Source: an uncultured Alphaproteobacteria bacterium (GTDB lineage: Bacteria > Pseudomonadota > Alphaproteobacteria > CAAHEQ01 > UBA3637). From it: a stretch of 53,692 nt of DNA. The notes under the pieces are model-generated. The model was not told the DNA's origin, ran no database searches, and saw only the letters and a program-made list of their open reading frames with translations. Shown here one piece after another: positions 47,340 to 53,692 of this stretch. The position numbers and the translations under genes were made by a program. Where the stretch lies: contig CANQKV010000002.1 of assembly GCA_947624545.1 (NCBI GenBank), positions 1-53,692 on the forward strand, read 5' to 3'. The stretch's first letter is position 1. The number at the start of each line of letters is the position of its first letter.

Positions 47340-50300
47340 ATGATTAAAACCGAAACCAATCGCAGAAGAGTCCGTAAAAACTTCGGCAAAATTGATGCCG
47401 CCGTTGAAATGCCGAACTTAATTGATGTTCAAATCAGCTCATACAAAGAGTTTTTGCAATGGGGCGTTCCTGTTGAAAAACGGACGGATACGGGCTTACA
47501 GGAAGTTTTTAAATCCATTTTCCCGATTCATGATTTTGCCGGTCGGGGTGACTTGGAATTTATTAAATATGAATTGGATACACCGAAGTTTGATGTTGAC
47601 GAATGTTTAAAACGCGGCTTGACTTATGCGGCGCCCGTTCGGGCAACATTGCGACTGGTTGTTTGGGATGTAGATGCCGCAACGGGTACGCGATCCATTC
47701 GGGATATTAAAGAACAAGATGTTTATGTCGGTGATTTGCCGTTAATGACGGAAAAGGGAACATTTATTGTTAACGGTACCGAAAGAGTTGTTGTTTCTCA
47801 AATGCACCGTTCCCCGGGTGTGTTTTTTGATCATGACAACGGTGAAACGCACTCATCGGGCAAGTTTTTGTTCGCTGCGCGCATTATTCCGTATCGCGGT
47901 TCGTGGATTGACTTTGAGTTTGATGCCAAAGATTTACTGTATGTGCGTATTGACAGACGGCGGAAATTGCCTGTAACGTCTTTGTTATATGCTTTGGACA
48001 GTGCCGAAACGGAAAAACGGCGTCAAGAAGCTGCCGCGCAAGGAAAGGAATTTTCCTCTGCCGATGCGGAAGGAATGAGCAAAGAAGAAATCCTCAATTA
48101 TTTCTATGAATCCATTCTGATTAAAAAAGACAAAAAAGCTTGGAAAACCGAGTTTATCCCCGCTTTAATGAAAGGGGTTAAGTTAACGCATCCGTTAATT
48201 AATGCCGCAACGGGCAAAACGGTTGCCGAAGCCGGCGAAAAATTAAACCTGGGTCGTGTGAATAAGTTAAAACGAGACGGGTTAAATGAAATTCGTCTGA
48301 CAACGGAAGATTTATTGGGTCGTTTTGTCGCAACGGATTTTATTGATGAAAAAACGGGCGAAGTGGTTATGGAAGCCGGCGATGAAATCACGGAAGACGA
48401 TATTGAAAAGTTAAACGAATTAAAAATCAAAGAAATTCCGGTGTTACATATTGATTATGTCAATGTCGGTCCGTATATTCGCGATACGTTGTTGGCTGAT
48501 AAAAATACTACACGGGATGAAGCTTTGATTGATATTTATAAAATTATGCGTCCGGGCGAATTACCTGTTGTGGAAACGGCCGCGAATTTGTTTAACGGTA
48601 TGTTCTTTGATTTGGAAAGATATGATTTATCGGCGGTCGGTCGGGTCAAAATGAATGCCCGTTTGGGCTTTGATAATGCCGAGGTGCCAGATACCGTTCG
48701 GGTATTGCGTAAAGAAGATATTTTAAAAATCATTAAAACATTGGTTGAAATTAAAGATGGTAACGGTCAGGTTGATGATATTGATAACTTGGGTAACCGT
48801 CGGGTGCGTTCCGTCGGCGAGTTGATGGAAAATCAATATCGATTGGGCTTGTTGCGCATGGAAAGAATGATTCGCGAAAAAATGACATCAAGTGAAATCG
48901 ATTCGGTTATGCCGTATGATTTAATTAATGCCAAACCGTTATCGGGTGCCGTGCGCGAGTTCTTTGCCTCATCGCAATTATCGCAATTTATGGATCAGAA
49001 CAATCCGTTATCGGAAATTACACATAAACGGCGTTTATCGGCATTGGGTCCGGGCGGTTTAACCCGTGACAGAGCCGGTATGGAAGTGCGTGACGTTCAT
49101 CCCACCCATTACGGACGTATTTGTCCGATTGAATCGCCGGAAGGACAGAACATCGGGTTGATTAACTCACTTTCCACTTATGCCAAAGTCAATAAATACG
49201 GTTTTATCGAAACACCGTATCGGAAAATTATTGACGGACATGTTTCCGATGAAGTTGTTTATTTATCGGCAATGGAAGAAGCCAAACACACCATTGCACA
49301 GGCTAACGCCAAATTAAACGATAAAGGCGAATTTACGGAAGAATTGGTTACGGCGCGTCATGCGGGAGAAGTGGTGCTTGCCAAACCCGAAGAAATCGAC
49401 TTGATTGACGTTTCGCCGAAACAGGTTGTGTCGGTGGCGGCTTCTTTGATTCCGTTCTTGGAAAACGATGACGCTAACCGTGCTTTGATGGGTTCGAACA
49501 TGCAGCGGCAAGGCGTGCCTTTACTGCATAACGAAGCGCCGCTCGTCGGAACGGGTATGGAAGCTGCCGTTGCCAAAGATTCACGGGCAGCCGTTGCCGC
49601 GCGTCGTGCCGGTGTCGTGACACAGGTTGATTCGTCTCGTATCGTCATTCGAGCAACCGATGAACTCACAACAACATCATCAGGCGTTGATATTTACGCG
49701 CTGGATAAATTCCAACGCTCCAATACGGGTACGTGTATGACACAACAACCGTTGGTGCATACGGGTGATACGGTGGAAAAAGGAGAAATTATTGCCGACG
49801 GACCGTGTACGGAATTGGGTGAGTTGGCGTTGGGTCGGAACGTTTTGGTGGCGTTTATGCCGTGGAACGGTTACAACTATGAAGACTCGGTGTTAATTTC
49901 CGAACGCATTGCGCGCGATGATGTGTTTACGTCCATTCACTTGGAGGAGTTTGAAGTGGTGGCGCGGGATACAAAGCTCGGACAAGAAGAAATCACGCGG
50001 GATATTCCGAATGTCGGTGAAGAAGGATTGAAAAATCTCGATGAAACCGGTATTGTTTACATTGGTGCGGAAGTAAAAGCCGGTGATATTTTGGTCGGTA
50101 AAGTCACACCGAAGGGCGAAACGATTATGACGCCGGAAGAAAAACTTTTGCGAACCATTTTCGGTGAAAAGGCTGCCGATGTGCGGGATTCTTCTTTGCG
50201 TGTGCCGCCGGGTGTATTCGGAACGGTTATCGATGTGCGTATTTTCACGCGGCGCGGTATTGAAAAAGATGAACGGGCACAGGCAATCGAACAAGCGGAA

Positions 50301-51518
50301 ATTAATCGCTTGGCAAAAGACCGTGATGATGAAAAAGCTATTTTGCAAAAGAGCTTTTATGATCGGATTCGGGCATTAATGATCGGGCAAAAAGTGGCAA
50401 ATGCCGAAGACTTTTCCGTCGGTACGACATTAACCGAAGAAAATTTAAGTTCGGTTGCCGATTACAATTTGCGTAAAATCAGTGTTGCCGATGACGGCGT
50501 GATGCGCAAAATTGAAGAATTGATTGAAACACTCAATCAAGCCGAACGGGAATTGCAGGAAAAATTCGAAAATCGGGTCGGCAAGTTACAACGCGGTGAT
50601 GAAATGATGGCAGGCGAATTGAAAAAAGTCAAAGTGTTCATTGCCACAAAACGAAAATTGCAACCGGGCGATAAAATGTCGGGTCGTCACGGAAACAAAG
50701 GTGTTGTTTCGCGCGTTTTGCCGATTGAAGATATGCCTTACACGGCAGACGGTACGCCGATGGATATTGTCCTCAATCCGTTGGGGGTTCCGTCGCGTAT
50801 GAACGTGGGACAGATTTTGGAAACGCACTTGGGTTATGCTTGTCATGAACTCGGTCGTCAAATCGGCGAAATTGTTGATGCCGTCAAAGCGCAAAAGGCT
50901 CAAATTGATGAGTTACGCGCAAAACTCAAAGATGTTTACGGCGAACGGGAATATGCCCGTCAAATTGCCGATATGGACGATAAAACCTTATTGGCAATGA
51001 GTGAAAACTTGAAAAAGGGCGTGCCGATTGCCACACCGGTTTTTGATGGCGCACATCAGGACGATATTGACAATATGTTAAAGAAAGCCGGTTTGGATTC
51101 ATCGGGACAAGTCACGTTGTATGACGGGTTAACGGGCGAGCCGTTTGATCGAAAAGTTACCATCGGCTATATGTATATGTTGAAATTGCACCACTTGGTC
51201 GATGAAAAGATTCACGCACGTTCCATCGGACCTTACAGCTTGGTTACGCAACAACCGTTAGGCGGTAAAGCGCAATTCGGCGGTCAGCGGTTCGGCGAAA
51301 TGGAAGTGTGGGCTTTGGAAGCTTACGGTGCGGCTTATACATTGCAGGAAATGTTAACGATTAAGTCCGATGACGTTTCCGGTCGTATCAAGGCTTATGA
51401 AACCATTATCCGCGGTGATAATAATTTTGAAGCCGGTATTCCCGAATCTTTCAACGTGTTGGTCAAAGAAATTCGTTCTTTGGGCTTGGACATTGAATTA
51501 AATCAGAATGAACGATAA
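47340..51518 (+). CDS. rpoB: DNA-directed RNA polymerase subunit beta
   Basis: The ORF is 1392 aa. It contains '[25 protein letters not shown]' and '[32 protein letters not shown]'. Confidence 0.98.
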   Translation: MIKTETNRRRVRKNFGKIDAAVEMPNLIDVQISSYKEFLQWGVPVEKRTDTGLQEVFKSIFPIHDFAGRGDLEFIKYELDTPKFDVDECLKRGLTYAAPVRATLRLVVWDVDAATGTRSIRDIKEQDVYVGDLPLMTEKGTFIVNGTERVVVSQMHRSPGVFFDHDNGETHSSGKFLFAARIIPYRGSWIDFEFDAKDLLYVRIDRRRKLPVTSLLYALDSAETEKRRQEAAAQGKEFSSADAEGMSKEEILNYFYESILIKKDKKAWKTEFIPALMKGVKLTHPLINAATGKTVAEAGEKLNLGRVNKLKRDGLNEIRLTTEDLLGRFVATDFIDEKTGEVVMEAGDEITEDDIEKLNELKIKEIPVLHIDYVNVGPYIRDTLLADKNTTRDEALIDIYKIMRPGELPVVETAANLFNGMFFDLERYDLSAVGRVKMNARLGFDNAEVPDTVRVLRKEDILKIIKTLVEIKDGNGQVDDIDNLGNRRVRSVGELMENQYRLGLLRMERMIREKMTSSEIDSVMPYDLINAKPLSGAVREFFASSQLSQFMDQNNPLSEITHKRRLSALGPGGLTRDRAGMEVRDVHPTHYGRICPIESPEGQNIGLINSLSTYAKVNKYGFIETPYRKIIDGHVSDEVVYLSAMEEAKHTIAQANAKLNDKGEFTEELVTARHAGEVVLAKPEEIDLIDVSPKQVVSVAASLIPFLENDDANRALMGSNMQRQGVPLLHNEAPLVGTGMEAAVAKDSRAAVAARRAGVVTQVDSSRIVIRATDELTTTSSGVDIYALDKFQRSNTGTCMTQQPLVHTGDTVEKGEIIADGPCTELGELALGRNVLVAFMPWNGYNYEDSVLISERIARDDVFTSIHLEEFEVVARDTKLGQEEITRDIPNVGEEGLKNLDETGIVYIGAEVKAGDILVGKVTPKGETIMTPEEKLLRTIFGEKAADVRDSSLRVPPGVFGTVIDVRIFTRRGIEKDERAQAIEQAEINRLAKDRDDEKAILQKSFYDRIRALMIGQKVANAEDFSVGTTLTEENLSSVADYNLRKISVADDGVMRKIEELIETLNQAERELQEKFENRVGKLQRGDEMMAGELKKVKVFIATKRKLQPGDKMSGRHGNKGVVSRVLPIEDMPYTADGTPMDIVLNPLGVPSRMNVGQILETHLGYACHELGRQIGEIVDAVKAQKAQIDELRAKLKDVYGEREYARQIADMDDKTLLAMSENLKKGVPIATPVFDGAHQDDIDNMLKKAGLDSSGQVTLYDGLTGEPFDRKVTIGYMYMLKLHHLVDEKIHARSIGPYSLVTQQPLGGKAQFGGQRFGEMEVWALEAYGAAYTLQEMLTIKSDDVSGRIKAYETIIRGDNNFEAGIPESFNVLVKEIRSLGLDIELNQNER

Positions 51519-51545
51519 TCTCAATTAAAGAAGTGAGGTAATAAA

Positions 51546-53692
51546 ATGAATGAATTAATTAATACATTCGGACAAGTTCCGTCCCCGCAGTCTTTTGATG
51601 ACATTCGTATTTCCATTGCGTCCCCCGAAAAAATTCGGGAATGGTCGTTCGGCGAAGTCACGCGTCCGGAAACAATTAACTATCGCACATTTAAGCCGGA
51701 AAAAGACGGTTTGTTCTGTGCGAAGATTTTCGGTCCCGTGAAAGATTACGAATGTTTGTGCGGTAAGTATAAACGCATGAAATATCGGGGCATTACCTGT
51801 GAAAAGTGCGGCGTTGAAGTCACGCTTTCCAAAGTGCGGCGTGAAAGAATGGGACATATTGAGTTGGCTTGTCCCGTTACGCATATTTGGTTTTTAAAAT
51901 CATTGCCCAGCCGAATCGGCACGTTATTGGATATGATGCTTAAAAATCTGGAATCGGTTTTGTATTTTGAAAAATACATTGTCATCGAGCCGGGTTTAAC
52001 ACCGTTAAAGCAACATGATTTGTTAACGGAAGAACAATATCAGGAAGCATTGGAAGCTTATGGTGAAGATGCTTTCCGTGTCGGAATCGGTGCCGAAGCC
52101 ATTAAAGAAATGCTGTCACAAATTGATTTGGCGGCAGAAGCGGCAAAATTGCGGGCAGAGTTGATTGAAACAAAGTCCGATGCCAAACGGAAAAAAATCG
52201 TCAAAAAATTAAAACTGGTTGAGGCATTCTTGGAATCCGGTTCGCGTCCCGAATGGATGGTATTGGATGTATTGCCTGTTATTCCGCCGGAATTGCGTCC
52301 GTTGGTGCCATTGGACGGCGGTCGGTTTGCCACTTCCGATTTAAACGACTTGTATCGTCGGGTCATTAACCGAAACAATCGTTTAAAAAGATTGTTGGAA
52401 TTGCGGGCGCCTGAAATTATTATTCGTAACGAAAAACGAATGCTTCAAGAAGCGGTTGACGCCTTGTTTGATAACGGTCGGCGCGGTCGTGCCGTCGCAG
52501 GCATTAACAAACGCCCGCTCAAATCGTTGGCAGATATGCTGAAAGGAAAGCAGGGACGTTTCCGTCAAAACCTGTTAGGTAAACGGGTTGATTATTCGGG
52601 ACGTTCCGTGATTACCGTCGGTCCTGAATTGATGTTGCATCAGTGCGGATTGCCCAAACGAATGGCGTTGGAATTGTTTAAGCCCTTTATTTACTCTAAA
52701 TTAGAGCAACGGGGTTCGGCAATGACCATTAAAGCCGCAAAGAAAATGGTTGAAAAAGAAAAACCCGAAGTGTGGGATATTTTATCGGAAGTCATTCGTG
52801 AGCATCCGGTGTTATTAAACCGTGCGCCGACATTGCACCGCTTGGGTATTCAAGCTTTTGAGCCTGTGTTGATTGAAGGAAAAGCCATTCAGTTGCATCC
52901 GTTGGTTTGTACCGCTTTTAACGCCGACTTTGACGGCGACCAGATGGCCGTTCACGTTCCCTTGTCAACGGAAGCCCAGTTGGAAGCGCGGGTGTTAATG
53001 ATGTCCACAAACAATATTTTGTCACCGGCAAGCGGTAAGCCGATTATTGTGCCGACACAAGATATTATTTTGGGCTTATACTATTTATCCATGGAACGCG
53101 AAGGCGAACGCGGCGAAGGAATGCTTTTCTCGGGTCCGCAGGAAATTGAACATGCGTTGTTTGAGAAAAAAGTGTCGTTACATGCCAAAATTAAAGTGCG
53201 TTTGACCGTTATGGATGATGACGGTGAAAAACGGACGCACATTGTCGATACCACACCGGGACGGGTGCAATTAGCCTCTATTTTGCCTGATAACAGCAAA
53301 ATACCGTTCAGTTTGATGAATCGCTTGATTCGGAAGAAAGAAGTTTCGGAGATTATTGATGCCGTTTATCGGTATTGCGGTCAAAAAGAAACGTGTATTT
53401 TTGCCGATCGCGTGATGAATCTGGGCTATCGTCAAGCCGCTTTGTCGGGTATTTCTTTCGGTAAAGATGACTTGATTATTCCGGCAGCCAAAAAAACGTT
53501 GTTGGAAGAAACAAAAGCCAAAACAAACGAATACGAACGGCAATATCAGGAGGGTTTGATTACCCGTTTGGAAAAATACAACAAAGTGGTTGATGCCTGG
53601 GCAAAATGTACGGACGATATTTCCGATGCCATGATGAAAGAAATTTCAAAAGCCGTTCCGGGCGAGCCGATTAACTCCGTTTATATGATGGC
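51546..53692 (+). CDS. rpoC: DNA-directed RNA polymerase subunit beta', N-terminal ~715 aa; the 3' end lies outside the window
   Basis: It is not in the ORF track because there is no stop in the window. My translation from ATG 51546 (SD 'gaggt') reads [38 protein letters not shown]...[23 protein letters not shown]. The catalytic '[12 protein letters not shown]' is encoded at about 52921-52956. Confidence 0.96.
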   Translation, partial: MNELINTFGQVPSPQSFDDIRISIASPEKIREWSFGEVTRPETINYRTFKPEKDGLFCAKIFGPVKDYECLCGKYKRMKYRGITCEKCGVEVTLSKVRRERMGHIELACPVTHIWFLKSLPSRIGTLLDMMLKNLESVLYFEKYIVIEPGLTPLKQHDLLTEEQYQEALEAYGEDAFRVGIGAEAIKEMLSQIDLAAEAAKLRAELIETKSDAKRKKIVKKLKLVEAFLESGSRPEWMVLDVLPVIPPELRPLVPLDGGRFATSDLNDLYRRVINRNNRLKRLLELRAPEIIIRNEKRMLQEAVDALFDNGRRGRAVAGINKRPLKSLADMLKGKQGRFRQNLLGKRVDYSGRSVITVGPELMLHQCGLPKRMALELFKPFIYSKLEQRGSAMTIKAAKKMVEKEKPEVWDILSEVIREHPVLLNRAPTLHRLGIQAFEPVLIEGKAIQLHPLVCTAFNADFDGDQMAVHVPLSTEAQLEARVLMMSTNNILSPASGKPIIVPTQDIILGLYYLSMEREGERGEGMLFSGPQEIEHALFEKKVSLHAKIKVRLTVMDDDGEKRTHIVDTTPGRVQLASILPDNSKIPFSLMNRLIRKKEVSEIIDAVYRYCGQKETCIFADRVMNLGYRQAALSGISFGKDDLIIPAAKKTLLEETKAKTNEYERQYQEGLITRLEKYNKVVDAWAKCTDDISDAMMKEISKAVPGEPINSVYMM

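Overview
This is an AT-rich alphaproteobacterial chromosome segment. The lineage call rests on a CtrA-type regulator, an RpoH C-terminus, the plsX-fabH-ihfA-merR arrangement and tRNA-Trp-secE-nusG-rplKAJL-rpoBC. A Holosporales/Rickettsiales-like symbiont is only a guess from composition and MORN-type proteins. Most of the window is conserved housekeeping. In order it holds rpoH (partial), an M23 peptidase, a transglutaminase-like protein, truB-rpsO-pnp, an orphan GT4, and ctrA divergent from a soluble PAS/GAF histidine kinase plus a binding-protein gene. Next come a MORN-variant repeat protein, a 4-gene Mla/Pqi-type lipid ABC operon, a small HNH islet and thrS. After the island come merR-ihfA-fabH-plsX-rpmF, a 902-aa AsmA/YdbH-like protein, ligA-recN-bamD, GTP-PEPCK, and the secE-nusG-ribosomal protein-rpoB-rpoC cluster. 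rpoC is 3' truncated and absent from the ORF track. The exception is a visibly more AT-rich surface-polysaccharide island of about 12.8 kb (about 18.55-31.43 kb) bounded by two bidirectional terminators. It holds two diverged copies of a two-gene module, each a repeat-bearing glycosyltransferase followed by a KpsS-like capsule protein, in mirror orientation. Between them sits a 1261-aa GT4/ATP-grasp/GT2 fusion enzyme followed by ugd. The main finding is that the central 5.6 kb is bracketed by 202-bp perfectly identical inverted repeats. Each repeat is the leader plus the first 33 codons of one outer glycosyltransferase. The only near-consensus promoter in the locus sits in a 126-bp spacer flanked by a nested 25-bp perfect inverted repeat. 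I interpret this as a candidate DNA-inversion switch that selects which polysaccharide module is expressed. That interpretation is inference, and no recombinase gene lies in the window.
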